Of a stretch of 64,000 nucleotides of DNA, positions 26,734-40,270 are shown piece after piece. Below the pieces are notes generated by a model. It saw only the letters and a list, made by a program, of their open reading frames with translations. It made no database searches and was not told the origin of the DNA. Position numbers and translations under genes: made by a program. How positions within the stretch are numbered: position 1 is the stretch's first letter; each line of letters opens with the position of its first letter. The DNA is from Microthyrium microscopicum (lineage: Eukaryota), in the NCBI GenBank assembly GCA_010405405.1, contig MU004233.1, forward strand, positions 571,835-635,834, written 5' to 3'.

Positions 26734-27943
26734 TTGAAGCAGTTTGTCCACGCAGAGATTGCTACAGAATCTTTGCTGCTTGGTCGACTGATGGCCAAGC
26801 TAATACTGGAACGTCTAAGGATCTGCAAGATGGTCACGGAGTCTTCCCTTATGCCACAAGCCGGTTACTGCTTTCATGAAGATCATTTCGTTCTTCTCAC
26901 TCATAGACTTACGCGGGCGACTCTCAGACTTCAACTATATGTTGCTTTGACCAAATGGAACGGGTTTTTGAGCGCCCAAGAGATCAACTTCTGGACATTT
27001 GCTAAGGAATTTGTCAATGACGAATATGCTGTGGACCTTCATCAAACTGAAGATGTTGGACCCGTTGTGGAGTTGCTTCAATTTCTTCACGGTCACTTCT
27101 CACACCTGCAAGCGGCAGACGGAGGAAATGGAATAATCTCTCAGATTTTATTGAGTAGGTTACTGAGCTCATTGTTTGCAGGCTGTCCTGCAGCAAAGAG
27201 TTCTCAACTTCGCAGAGAAGAGCGGTCAAAGTGGTCCTTCGAGCTTGACGCTGAGTTGCCATTTTGTCAACCCCAACCGATTTTGACGCTCGCAGATCAT
27301 CTGCAGTTTGACTTGGCTTCATCCTTCGCAGAGTTCCATTCTGAAATGGATTTCTGGTCCTACTACGATTGGCGAGATTGGCAAGATTGGCCATTCAAAC
27401 CCTGCCCAGTTTATATAGATCGCAAATGGGGAGGAAACAAAAACACAGGCATGCATTGTATTCACCGTTACTTTCCCGTTATCAGCAAAGTTACTGGGTC
27501 CAAACAGGCTCTCATAGCCTGATTTGCCCTCGTAGTACTATTAAAGGCATATCTCAGCGCTTTGAACCTTTGCCAATCTTGATCTCAGCTCGAGACTTTA
27601 CCCTCCAGTAAACATTTCATTCCCTGGTCGGCTGGCATGCCATTGAAACAACAGTACACAATCTTTTCACGCTCGACCTCGGGAAAAGAGGCTGCTGAAG
27701 TCAGAATCGCTGGTCTGATCGGTATACGCGATGTGATCGCCCTGAGCACAAGCTTCGGTGCGAACCTGAGCTTCGAATTCGCCCACATGGTCTATCTACT
27801 TGCCTCCGCAAGATGCTTGATGCTGAAGCACGCGGATTCCATCTACGCCAGGCAACTTTAGAGGTGTGCTGGGGTTTGAACAACCTGAAGAGGGGTTCAC
27901 AGGCGGGTATGCTCCAGGATTTGATACTTTTGAGAAAACGTAA
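26734..27943 (+). pseudogene. Array paralogue P5, pseudogene
   Basis: HRLTRATLRLQLYVA, CIHRYFP and MLDAE..RQATLEVCWG are present, but there are frameshifts near 27500 and 27875, an in-frame TAA at 27609-27611, and no recognisable F-box-like start. Confidence 0.75.
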
Positions 27944-29177
27944 GGCCTTTTGCGGCCATGCCAAATCAAGTACGCCGGTTCGGCTTCCGTGACTTTGATG
28001 GATAATTGCCACACGCAACGCGGGCCTCTCGTCTGTTGGAAAGCGACACCTTTCTGACTTGAAATTCCGCCAAATAATGGTTCTTCCTCATCTTACACAT
28101 TCCCTTTATGCTAGCTCCTATGTCTATCACACAACGGCAGCTTCGAATCACAAGGACATTGGTCGACAATAACTGCTTGATCTTTCGTGATGCTGGAAGC
28201 TGAGAGGGTACCTTACAGCTATTACTGCATTTAAACACACCAATTGTATGTCTCGCTAATCAAATATAGCGCCAGATGTGGATGTTTCGAGATGTTACTT
28301 CTTCATTTTATAAGAACGGTATTCAATAGGGTCGTGGTTCACGTATAACTCCAACGAGCTGCTTCCACTTGAGCGCTCAAGGACGTTAGCTTCGTTCATT
28401 TTATTGTTATAACAACTCCCGTTGAGGCGAAACCTTCCAATCAGTCGAGTTTAGCTTAAGCTTCTTATATTCACGACCAGTAACGAAACACCCTTATTCA
28501 CTTCTATTGATCTAGCGGTCTCGTTTGTCATCAAGCCCTTCCAGGCTAGGAGAAAGAACTTGAAGCAATCGTCAAGATGCTTGTCTTAGCAAGATGAAAT
28601 GTAATGTGGTCATTCTTCAAGAAGCAGGCTCGATGGTATGCAGCCGCTTACTTGATAACCTGTGTGGGTGACCGCCTGGGGGCTCCTTCCCGACTATCAA
28701 AGCCCAACTTCGCAACTTCCTAGGAGGTACCACAACTCATAACTGCACCTCATATAAATCGTGAGTGATTGTAGCAACATTTCACCTCATAAAGCATTTC
28801 ACTCGCTCAGCCTCTCAAAGATTATATAATCGCATCCCTGAACATGTGCTTAAAGCTTTCTGCACTCTATGATAATATTCTGCACCACCCAAGTTTGCAA
28901 ACCGTCTCTCTACCCTTTCTCATTAAATCTCCATCTTCTGCGTTACATTCAACTCTGCAAGCTTTTATATTTTTCTAGCCGCCTCCGACGTTGCTCGAAA
29001 TTCAAACAGAGTTTGATCGCCGAAAAAACCTAAAATTGCTTTCATCCACTGCCATCTTCACATAGCGTAGCTCTACGACTACAAGTTCTACAACAACACA
29101 ACGTGTACCTAGAGCAAATTGCAACATCAAGATCACCACAACAACACCCAGTATTCTCATAGGATTCCTGCTTCATC

Positions 29178-31708
29178 ATGTTTCCGACCAAAATTACGCC
29201 CATGATCTCTTCACAATACACCCGACCCGAAAGCAATGTGGACCTCCCGCGGCTGCTTCAATGGTCGTTTCGAGAGGCGCCGATTGAGATCACATTAGAC
29301 ATTCTCGAAAAATGTTTTCCTCCGTGCCCACAGGTATATTATAAAGGGAACCGTCTCTTAAGCCACAAGCATGAGCTTGCACCAGAAACACAATCCGTAT
29401 TCGCTGTGCTCGCGACTTCACCGGATTTTCTGGCCGCTGTGCAGGTAAGTCTTCCTCCCTATGGACATATAAACCTTGAGTCATCGCTACGTAGCGTGAG
29501 GATCACCCCTAGTTCTGAGACCTTGCTAGCTGGCCTTTTGTGGTACATCGTATTGGAAGCATTCACTAATAGATTCCAGAGTCCATCGATTTCCAAGTCA
29601 CTGCTAGCGACATGGGAGACCTATTCATTTGGCCATCTGGTTCCTGGTGTATGCGAAGCCATGATTAGAACAGCTACAGTCATCATGAAAACAGCTCAAC
29701 CGGAGGAGGTGCTGCGCTTTGATCCCGATACTTACCAGGACAATGATGACTGGTTCGATGAATTTGGATACTTCCTCGACACATACCGGTAAGTCTACCC
29801 CTCACGTCGCAATATAACACCTACTCTATGAGCTTCGCATCAATGAATTTTACTCTACTAGTTCTATACTGATGCTTCTAGGCCATACACGGATGCTCCG
29901 CGTCGCTCCGTCTCACAGCTTTCTCACCACGCTGAGCTTGCAATCGAACTTTCTACTCTTACCAACTTCTCAATCAAGCTAATTCTCGAATGTCCTTCAA
30001 TTTGCAGCATCATCACAAGATCTTGTTTGATCCCACCAGCCGAGTACTCGAAAGAAAACCAGACAATGCTACTCCAACACCGCATATCGCGAGCTTTTGC
30101 GTATCTTCAGCTATACGTTGCGATGTCACGCTGGAAGCCTGAGCTCTCGGACAAGAAGATCATATACTGGCTTTTTGCTAACCCCATGGGATACAATTAC
30201 CGCGCGATTGATGGCCATCAATCTGAAGATGTCAAAACTGTTCTGGAATGGCTTTGCTACCTAGAGGAACGCTTTTCGTCGGCGGGATCACTACAACATT
30301 CCAGTAACATCCTCAAGCCGATTTTGTCCAGCAAACTAGTGAGATCACTGTGCAGTATTGAGCTAGATGAAGCTATCCTCAAGACACAAGAGCCTGAGAG
30401 TCAGTGGTCATCAGAGCTACATTATGCACTCCCATTCGCTACCACGCTCCGACCCGCTATAACCCTTGCCGAACGTCTAGAGGACAGCATGAAGAAACAT
30501 TTGAAGCAAGCCTTTGCGCTTGTTAAGGGAGCCGGGTGGTACAATATCGAATGGCGCAACTCGTCAGACTTACCCTTCGGTCTCTGTGAGGCTCCCGAGT
30601 ATCGGTGTCCTACTGATGGGCAAGCGCGACAGGCGATGTATTGTCTCCATCAGATCTGGCCTGTCATCGACAAACACACCAAGCATTACAAATGCCAAGA
30701 CAGCGCCATCGCTCCAACAAACGCAATCATCGACCCTTGGTACAAGCCTTACAACTCGAAAGTCTGCTACCAAGTAAAGCTTGCCTGGTTCGGCTGGCAC
30801 ACTCGGCTTTCTATTGTCCATCAGCCATATCTTTTGATAAATAGAGTTGATTCCCTCCGCGGGTGCCGTCGATGTGACATTTCCCGGGAATGGGAGAACA
30901 GGTATGTGAAGTGTTCGTGCCAGCGGAGGCTACGATGGCATCTGTATGACGGCTCATAACGGCCACCCTGGCCACTTCACCAAAATCCAAAATCTAAAAA
31001 TCTATATGTTCACAAATTAGTTATTTACACCACAAAGAGCCCAAATTTGAGGATTCTAAAGAAGCCAAATAGTAAGTTGAATTTTTCTGCATTTTTGGGA
31101 TGTCTAAAAGTATTATATCTTTATGTTTTGACGCGAGGAGTGGGACTTTATAATTGTTGATATTTTTTGCTTTTTGATAAAAAGTGGAGCTTGACGAGGA
31201 TGCCCTTTTGCTCACTAAGTAGTTAGTAGGGTCTGTCCCTAAGTTAGTGAGGTAAGCGCCCTTAAATTAGCGAGTCCTTTATGCTCCAAAAATGCCAAGA
31301 AAAGATCATATTTCTTGAATTAAAGATTAGCTTCAACAATTATAATTAAATAGACTTTTCTAGCTCTTAAAAATTAAGTAAAAATCAACTTGCTATTTGG
31401 CTTCTTCAGAATGTCTAAATATGTGCTAGATTTGGTATAATAATTGCCTTTACATTTCTGTGTTTGTTGTACTTTTTGGTTTTGGTGAAGTGGCCAGGGT
31501 GGCCGTTATGAGCCGTCATAATCTGGCGCAAAGACCACGCGCCCCTTGGAACCCTTCTGCTGCTCTCAACCGCTTGATTGACGCTGATATGCAAGCACGA
31601 AGTCTCTGTCAACAGACGCTGGAAGTGGCCTGGGGATTGGAGCGGCCGAAAGAAGGGTTCACAGGAGCTTATTGTCCTGACCATTTTTATGCGTCGTCCT
31701 CGTCTTAG
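29178..31708 (+). pseudogene. Array paralogue P6, disrupted near its 3' end by MITE-3
   Basis: FREAPIEITLDILEKCF, HRISRAFAYLQLYVA, CLHQIWP. The C-terminal LIDADMQ..CQQTLEVAWG lies after the insertion. Confidence 0.75.
30945..31520. mobile_element. MITE-3, 576 bp, 41-bp perfect TIR, 5-bp TSD ATCTG
   Basis: TIR TATGACGGCTCATAACGGCCACCCTGGCCACTTCACCAAAA at both ends, ATCTG at 30940-30944 and 31521-31525, further imperfect inverted similarity internally (~31045-31087 vs ~31380-31420), AT-rich interior. Confidence 0.92.
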
Positions 31709-32837
31709 GAAAAAGAAACAGTGATTAGGTTCTGAAGTTCGAAAGAAGAGCTTGATGGTTGCGGTTCTATAGGACACTGCAGAAGTTGAATTTGTTCATA
31801 CTAATTGACTTCGAGCCTTCGATTTTCTCCTCATTTCCAAGTGCCTCTATGTAATTCTTGATTGATAGTGAACTAGACATAATGTACACTACCTATCAAC
31901 CACCAGATTCTCTTCTGTGTTTGCACTATAGGTTCCAGACTATATGGTAAGTTACATTACATGACCACGCGCTTTGAAGCGAGCTGCTAGCCACCCAGTT
32001 GAGATGGAACGTCGGCTGGCGATCGGGATTTGTTGTCTCAAGGCGCCCGTTTTGAAAATAAATAAAGATGGGAAAAGATGTCGCTAACTGACGACTTGCT
32101 AACCTTTCCATATTAGTACATTATTGGAGCTCAATGTCCCGGCTTCATCATGAGACAACAGATTGATTGAGGTCTAGAAAGATAACCACATTTTGATTGT
32201 AATTTCCTGTAGATTCCTCGCGACACGGCGATCAGGAAGTGCATAAATTGGTCTCGAACATGACAGGCCGACAGCACTTATAGGTTTTTCCAATACCTGT
32301 CCTGCTTAGCATATACTCTACAAGGTACATTCTCTCCCAGTTGAGGATGCGTCCTGTTCCTCGTGCCATGGATTCAGGCACGAACCTATATCGAGCGTGT
32401 GAGGTAGGAGCAAGCGGAACAATCCATTGCGGTCCATGATCAACCTTCAGCTCGTCCAATCCAGTGTAGTTATCGATCGAGGCCATTCGTGCCTTCCCCG
32501 TTGCTCTTACCAAAGTCTAAGTTCACCTCCATCAAACACTTCCACCACTCTTCAACCACCTCAAGGTATTTTTCAGGTCACTGCCCAGTTATATTGTTTC
32601 CATAAAAGGCATAATGAATTTTTAGAATGTGACGATTTACGCAATCCCACTACACGCCCATTTCACCTACCCTTCAGCGTCTCCATCAACCCTACTGTCC
32701 GCTGACTATCGCATTAATTGATCTACCCTTCAAGCCAGAAATATCGGTCATTTTCTACCTTGTCAGAATTGCTTCATCCTCAAAAGACAAACGTTCATTC
32801 TCAGAGAGTGCCAGTTTGCAAACTTTGCTACCCAATC

Positions 32838-35308
32838 ATGGCATCTTCTTCAATCGCCAATCTCGATCCCGCGCGACAGTTCTGTTACAATCTTAATCGA
32901 TTACCTCTGGAAGTGCGCGAATTGATTGTTCTGGAATGCTTCCCTACGTATCGACGTTCTGATGGCATTAGTCGAAATGTGTTCGAAGCATCTGTCACTG
33001 CAGCTTTCAACATGGTTATGTCCACAAAATCCCTTTTCGAAGCTTTCGAGCTCGCGCGCACCAAGATAGCAGAAGCCTTTCATACCTACGAACAAGCTCG
33101 TATGAATGTTGGTACTTATTTCTTCATCACGAGTGTTACCGCATTCGCTAGCACGGAAGGACCAATGGAGTCTTCAAAATCTGTTCCCACTGGGACCGCG
33201 GCGGTGGCTCTGATGCGTCTTGAAGGTTATCACCGAGTTTATTATTCACGTGAACCTCTCTTGGAGAATGACAACCAAGGCAGCCTTGCGCTGATGAGAC
33301 TCCTGGATCTTTCTATGGATACTTTCAAGGTTGCGATGGCTATTACTCGACTTCTAGATAATGCGCCGGATCTAAGCGCCGAGTTAGGCCAGATTGTTCC
33401 TCAAAGTCATCGATATCTTGCCACACCGAAAGCCGACCGCGACACCATAATCATCAACCGGATCACTCGTGTCTTGCACCATATCCAGCTGTTCGTCGCA
33501 ATCAAACGTTGGCTGCCTAAGGATACTGACGACGATGTCATTCAATCAGGCGTTGAAGCCGTTATGAGACGATCACATCGTTATCAAGGTCTCCTTGAAG
33601 TTAGCCACACATTATGTTTGATGAGATTTCTTCAAAGTCTAAGTCTAGAAGCAAACACATTTGGCAATACGAAGTAAGTTTTCCAGCATCTCGAGGCATA
33701 TCTTGGACACACCCACGGCCTCCCAAGCTCTTTTTGGCTCCCAACGTATGGTATTCATGAAGCGCATTGGGGGGTTGCGCTGAAGAAATCACATGGTCTA
33801 TCAGCGCGTGTGAGCTCAAAAAAGCACTATTTGTTCAACACTAATAAGAATTAGCAATCCATCAGTTTCAAGATTACTGAAGATCATCTCGGAGTCAGAG
33901 ATCGTTGGACAAATCCTTCAGCGAACGCTTGACGCAGTTCCAATTTCGGCTCCTGTTGGCCAGTCTTCGAATGCGTATCTGCCAGATCTTCCAGAATCTG
34001 TAGACTATACCTCTGCCAACATAGCGACTCGCATGCGAAAAGACTCCAGCATGTATATCCACAATTTTGTTGGCTCTCGTCTAAAGTACTTTTCGGCCGA
34101 GTTCTACAATCTGGGTACTGCCTTTTGCGGCGCATGTAACGAAGATGGCCCGAATTACCATCAACGACGCCAGCTGCACATTCATGACTATTATCATCCA
34201 TTAGACAGCAATGGCGATGTCAAGGTAGGTTTTCAAGACACAACAAGTTCCCTAACGAACTCGATAGCTCCAAGGCCATTGCTTCCTACCGAGTCCAATC
34301 GAAAGAAAGCTTTGAAGAATCTGTATACTGACAAATATAGGCATCAGCCCAATTACGGCCGCTTAGATCCCCTCGACGCTTCGGCGAGAATCTCCAGCCG
34401 CTTCTTCAGGTGACTTTCGATGCCATGCATATGTTGGAGTGGTGGGGTACTGGAGAGGTTCATTCTGTCAAGCGACCATACTTCATCAAAAAAGCCCGCC
34501 GTGACTACTGCAGCTCTATGAGATATGCCGAACAATGTCAACCCCTGCGACCTCGCCGGGAGGATTGCTCTCAAGCTCTGAACACCATATATGACGCTGA
34601 AAAAAAGGAGTATCGTCTGACCCAAAAGAGTCTGAATTGGGAATCTACGGTAAGCTCCCTAAATCCTGAACGCCGAAGATAATGGCAACCTCCTATGACA
34701 CCCAAAACATGTGATATTTATAATCATACGCCATCGTTGCCAAGATATATTTACCACACTGTCCCAAATCGCCATCTCTTCCCTACGCCACGTTTTGACA
34801 ACTCTATCTAACACGTTTCTAGGACGGTGGTGGCTGGAACCGGCGCAACATCATTGCTGAAAGCTGGGATGAGGTCAAAGTCCGCTGGATCACCGAAGAG
34901 CTCTACGAATTAGTCTGCCCCGATGAGGATACTACACAACCTGGCACAGACATTCGCACGCTAGAATTTGCTCATGTTTTTGCAGTCGAGGCTAGCGATG
35001 ACGATGAAGACTCGCAATCAGGAAATACTGGCGATGACTATGTCGACTATGGCGAATACTGGGTCCCAGACTATGGCGCTTGGGCAGACGATGACGCATA
35101 TGAAGACTGGGCTAATCCTTGGGGTGCTTGGGGATCGGACAGCGATGATGATATTAACGGAGCAGGCTTTCCTGTATGGGGAGGACGCGGACGAGGACAA
35201 TTTCGAGCCTCATTTCGCGGGCGAGGACAAGCTCTAGGACAGGGCGGCGGAGGACGGGGTGGTCAAGGTGCTCCGCGTCGGGGCCAACCCGATGCAAACG
35301 GCTGGTAA
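32838..35308 (+). CDS. Array paralogue P7 (multi-exon) with acidic WG/GW- and RG-rich C-terminal tail
   Basis: LNRLPLEVRELIVLECF, NRITRVLHHIQLFVA, HIHDYY, IYDAEKKEYRLTQKSL. Last exon 34823-35308 is open after intron ~34650-34822. The middle region 33.7-34.45 kb is not fully resolved and may contain frameshifts. Confidence 0.65.
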
Positions 35309-36052
35309 ACTAGGAAATACTTCCTTACGACGCCGGCATCATAACATCAAAGGTTTGACCACTTGTGGTTTGGTCGGGATACGGCTCAGTGACTTATCGC
35401 TATAAAGGGCCTCTATTTTCTTGACTAGATCCAGCAAGTAAGAGTAGAAAAGAATGTTTTAAACTTCGACAAAAGAGTTTATTGCTTGGATGTAGATTTC
35501 ATGACAGTATCAATCGTACTACTAACTATGGTGAATGATTGTCTGGGTCTCATAAAGCGGGATACTTGGATGATGAGTTCATGAATACTGCTCGCAAGGC
35601 TTGCTATAACGCTTATTGAAGTAGGCTGTTTGATGACCATCGAGTATGTTATACTTGATACAAGAAGCATCGGCCAAGGATAAAAATCGGTTTGAGTTTC
35701 CAAAAGCTAACCATATGTGCACACGTTACATCCCAATGAGAAATTCCTCTGAGGGCAAATGAGCATACTTACGAAGTACGTAGGTCTTGATTACTGACGC
35801 CGCTATTCGATGAAGAAATTTGATAACTTCTTTCGTTATACGAGTAATTTGACCATGTCAGTTGATTTGAGAGTCTAACCGAAGTAGCTCATGTTTGGAG
35901 CAATGATCCTCTGACATCCCACAATATCCAATACTTAGCCTTTCCCAATCTGTTGCAGACAAAAATGTCTCAACATCCTCCAGGCATTTGATCCTCTTCA
36001 GTCCAGATGTCGAACCTAGGTACTCTTCCAGCAGTACACAGACCAAGATTAC

Positions 36053-37624
36053 TTACCCTTCTAACCCCTTCTTGAATCCCTTAGCCACGGTGATGAGGCA
36101 ATAAAGCATAACTCCCGCCCCCACGGCACTTCCAATTGACAAAATCCGTTGAGCCCGTCCATCCGACGTTATTTGTGCTTTCGTAATGCGATGTAGGAAG
36201 GCGGATGATGAGCTTCTAGAGACTTCAGCCCTTGAACCACGACCGCGATGTAACGTATAATAGAATCTACGAAGTGCGGACTCTTCATTAGCCCGTAGCA
36301 GCCAGGAATGAATCAGATCGTGCTGTCTATATCTTTGCTTTTCTTCTCGACGGTCTCTCTTTCTCCAGCCAACATGTTTTTTCGGTGGCAGCGGCTCAAT
36401 ATGAATTAGACTCGTCCCAAGGACAAGTCTATCGCTGTTGCTTGTGCGCTCAAAGTACTCGTGGATGCATGGCTGGCGTGGGCCAGGTGCACTCTTGTTC
36501 TGCAGATTGTTTACAGCACAAAATGGTTCGCCAATCTCATGGAAGCGCGTTGGCCGCATCACCGGGTTATGAGCGTGTATGGACCAGATCCAGTGGCTCT
36601 GATCAATCGGTATTCTGCGGATGTAGGAAGCCTTGTCTAGCTGGATTTTGCTTGCCAAGTCTCTATAGACCATGCTAGCGGTTTCACCAGCGCTCGTCAA
36701 AGGGGGGGCATTGATTTTGGAGAACAGTGCTTGGACAACCGGTGAAGCTATGATCGTATAAACATGTCGACTTGGAGAGGGAACTTTGCCATTGCTCCCT
36801 ACCCCCTTGAGAGTTCGACGCGTTTGTTCGGACAGATGGACTGTACGGAAGAAAACTATCAAAGCCATCGTATACGCCAGGTCTTTCTCGGTTGTAACTT
36901 TTCCACTTCTGACCAGCGTGCGGACCATGAATTCCTCGATCAGATCATCATGGACGGGATGTCCGGATAGCCATTCACGTACAGCAACGTAAAGCTGCAG
37001 ATGTTGCACAGTTCGCATCGCTCTATTGATGACTACCATGGCCCGATCAGATGCAGATGGGAATTGTTTTCGTGTAGGTATGAAGTCATCAATCAGACAT
37101 GCGCATAAGCTTGGAGCAGTCTCCGTCAGCTCAAGCACGGCGTATGAAATTGCAGAAGCCTCATAGTATAAGTCGAAGAATTTGTCGTAAGGTAGAGAGT
37201 TCCAATCAGGAGATACAAGCTTTCTCAAGACTGTGCATCTCTCATCAAGACCAGACAGTCCTTTCAATCTATTGAAGTCGTCAAGATCGAAAATCGGCTT
37301 CAAGCTCGCCTTAGCAGCGATCTTGGTAAGATCCGCGTAGAAGCCCAAATCGATTCTGTCAGCTTTAAAACTGTTGAACGACTCTATAAGCCATTTGCTT
37401 TCCATCATAAGAACAGCCCTTAAGCAAGGCGTGGCCAGAATCATCTGGAACGTACTGGAGATTTCCTTCTCAAATGTGCAGAGCTCAATCATCATCTCGT
37501 CAGGGCTGAAGGGCTGTAGGGAATAATGAAGAATTTTGATAAGGAGTTCATTAGGTAGTCGGTTAAGGTTGGCGGCCAGCCGGTCCACTAGAACTGCACT
37601 GGCGTTGTCTTTGAGAGCAGGCAT
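36053..37624 (-). CDS. Array paralogue P8 (inverted; may have a further short 3' exon)
   Basis: LNRLPNELLIKILHYSL, NRAMRTVQHLQLYVA, GEPFC..CIHEYF. 523-aa ORF ending at a GTAAGT donor-like site. Confidence 0.8.
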   Translation of the reverse strand: MPALKDNASAVLVDRLAANLNRLPNELLIKILHYSLQPFSPDEMMIELCTFEKEISSTFQMILATPCLRAVLMMESKWLIESFNSFKADRIDLGFYADLTKIAAKASLKPIFDLDDFNRLKGLSGLDERCTVLRKLVSPDWNSLPYDKFFDLYYEASAISYAVLELTETAPSLCACLIDDFIPTRKQFPSASDRAMVVINRAMRTVQHLQLYVAVREWLSGHPVHDDLIEEFMVRTLVRSGKVTTEKDLAYTMALIVFFRTVHLSEQTRRTLKGVGSNGKVPSPSRHVYTIIASPVVQALFSKINAPPLTSAGETASMVYRDLASKIQLDKASYIRRIPIDQSHWIWSIHAHNPVMRPTRFHEIGEPFCAVNNLQNKSAPGPRQPCIHEYFERTSNSDRLVLGTSLIHIEPLPPKKHVGWRKRDRREEKQRYRQHDLIHSWLLRANEESALRRFYYTLHRGRGSRAEVSRSSSSAFLHRITKAQITSDGRAQRILSIGSAVGAGVMLYCLITVAKGFKKGLEG

Positions 37625-38390
37625 GACTCTAGTACAAATCGGACTAGATGTTGTCTCTTGTCTGTAGTAGTTTTGCGCTGTAGCGTATTCTTTGTGAAGC
37701 GTTCGTCTTCTTCGTAGGTCAAAATCGTTGGCTGACTAATGCCTGAAATAACAGAGAAGCAGTGATGCCAGGATACAGCAGTATTGGTTAAGCAGGCAAA
37801 CCGACAGCAAGAAGATCTGAGTTGATGGCTGTAGGAGGCTGGTAGACAGGTGGGTAAATGAGCATCAGAACATGGGAACATTTATATCTACAAAGAATTC
37901 AGCAACATGCGAAGCGAAGTGACTAGCCGGTTAGTTATTGTTTGAACCTGGTAACGTGCGCACAGGGGCAGCTCAAGCATACCTAGGTGGAGCGCAATAG
38001 CATATGCGAAGTCACTGACACGTTCAGGTGGACATTGAGGTAGCATTAGTCTTGAAATGATCATCAGAATACAGAAAGGTTTAACTAAATCGCCTGGTGA
38101 AGTAATTCAAGCATGGAATATTGTGCCTCTCCTCCGTAGCAAAAGCACTATCATGACTCCGTAGTGAAGTTGTGGAATAGATGACTGGAGCTTGAAAAAT
38201 ATTAGGAAAATTACGCATTATCTGGGTTCTCAATAACAGGCCATGACAACTCAAGAGCAAAGCTATAACAGAATATTCATAATCAGTGCCTCTAGTGAGT
38301 GTGAGAACCCCGTCCGTCGAACACATGACTCTTGCTGCAAAGGAAACAGGTTCACAGACCTTTTGTCAGATCCTGTGAAAGGTGAGGTAC

Positions 38391-40270
38391 TTAGTTCTCA
38401 AGAAAATGCAATGCTTCCCGCTGGGAAGAATCGCACATAGAATGGTAACCATGTCCATAGTAGAAATGAAAATTCTGCCATGGAGCGTAAGATTTAGGGT
38501 CGTAGACCAAATCCTTACCCCAAGCCAGATCCGAAAGCTTACGCTGACCAAGTTTCGAGTGTTTGGCTCTAGCATCCTGCATGCGACTGAGCGACATAGA
38601 TGGCTGATCTCTCGAGAATAGAGGCTGATTCAAGGCACTGACACTCGTTCCTTGGTCAGCCCAGGCTGAGGCATGCCATGGAAAATCACCTGGCTGATAG
38701 ATGTACCGCCACTCTTTCCAGTTCGAAAGCTGTTTGAATACGGTCTGTCTCCGCGTCAGGTCTCTCGTCGAGGGTCGCAATCTACCAGGTCGAGGCTTCC
38801 GAAACTCCATTTGACCAGAATCAAGTACTAGTCTCGCAGTGGTATTTGTACTCAAGTAGTATTCGTGAATGCAAGGCTCGCGTCGCGTCGGCGGTTTGTC
38901 GTAATGCCATCGTATGGACAGATTATAACGGTCGCAAAACGATTCTCCCGTTTCTAAGAAACGATTTGACACTTCGGTTTGGTAGCTGTCGTCCTTTGGT
39001 CCACCAAGCCGATGAACGTAGGAGGCTGGATCAATTCGAAGTCTATCCGCGACAGTGTGGTACTCTTTTCTAAACACTCCTTCAGCATCTGGTAGAAGCA
39101 CAGGCTCTGGAGTCAGGAATAGAGAGCTTATCAGTGCGCTTGAAGCAATTGTATGCGCGTAAGGATTGTATTCCGGTACTTCAGAGCCTTCAGCCATCAA
39201 CTCTCGGATATTCTGGGCTTTTTCCTTTGCGACGATGTCGTGAAAGAATTTGAGCAACGCAAAGGTGTGAAGGGGATCCTTATAGCTGCCAAACATGTCC
39301 GTGTAACGCAGCATATCAAACACTAATGCTTCGATGCGGACATCTGCCATGCGGCCTCGAAGCCAGTGGCGAAAAGCCTGTAAAGTGTTAACAAATGATT
39401 CAATGGCAGGTTCAGGGTTAGCACAAGCGTTGACAAGAATATATGGAATCTGGCGTCGAGATCCTATCCCCAAGAACTTACTTATGGAGATGACCAAGAG
39501 ATACCATAGATACCACTCGATAATTTGCACCCAGTATGCGTTTTTCGAGGGAGAAAACTTACGAGGTAAAGCTGAAGGTGTTGAACGACTCGCATTACTC
39601 GATTGATCACAACCGAGACATGATCGACGGAACACGGAAACTCCTTGGGCGCCGGTAAGAAGTTTTCTCCAAGCTGAGTGCAAAGTTCCGGCGCTGTCTC
39701 TGCAAGCTCAAGGACTGCAAAGGCAATGTTGTAGGCTTCTCTGTAGAGATGCGTAAAATGAGTGTGTCGAATACTGTCGGAAGTTGCCGCGAGAAGAATA
39801 GTCAACGGAAATTGACATGTCTTGACTTCTAAGAAATTGAGTTCTAGATCTGGTTTTGAGGAAGCAACAGCGGCGACGAGTGCAATGTATCCATAAGTGC
39901 CAAGTTCGATCGCCGATTGTCGATAGCTAGCGAAGGATGTTGCTAAGAATTTGTTGTCCATCAGAAACGCGGCGCTCAATGAAGGAATAGCTAGAGTCAT
40001 CTGAAAAGCAGCGGCAATGCATTTCTCGAATTTATACAACTCGAACAGATCGGCCCAAGGAGCTTCCTCGTATTTGCTCACTCCTGGGCGCCATATTTCG
40101 TATTCTTGCTCGCTCGCATGGTGTTGAATATAGCCATAGCTATCGACCGAAGCGGGAGCAAGGGGAAAGCAGTGGCGGATTATCTGTATAACTATCTCTG
40201 GCGGCATGCGGTTGAGATTTTTGACGAGGCGTCTCTCCTCAATGGCGTTATGATACTGTGATGGCGCCAT
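38391..40270 (-). CDS. Array paralogue P9 (inverted)
   Basis: LNRMPPEIVIQIIRHCF. Intron 39378-39562 gives QHLQLYL|AFRHWL, matching P8 QHLQLYVAVREWL. GESFC..CIHEYY and MQDAR..GQRKLSDLAWG. Confidence 0.8.
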
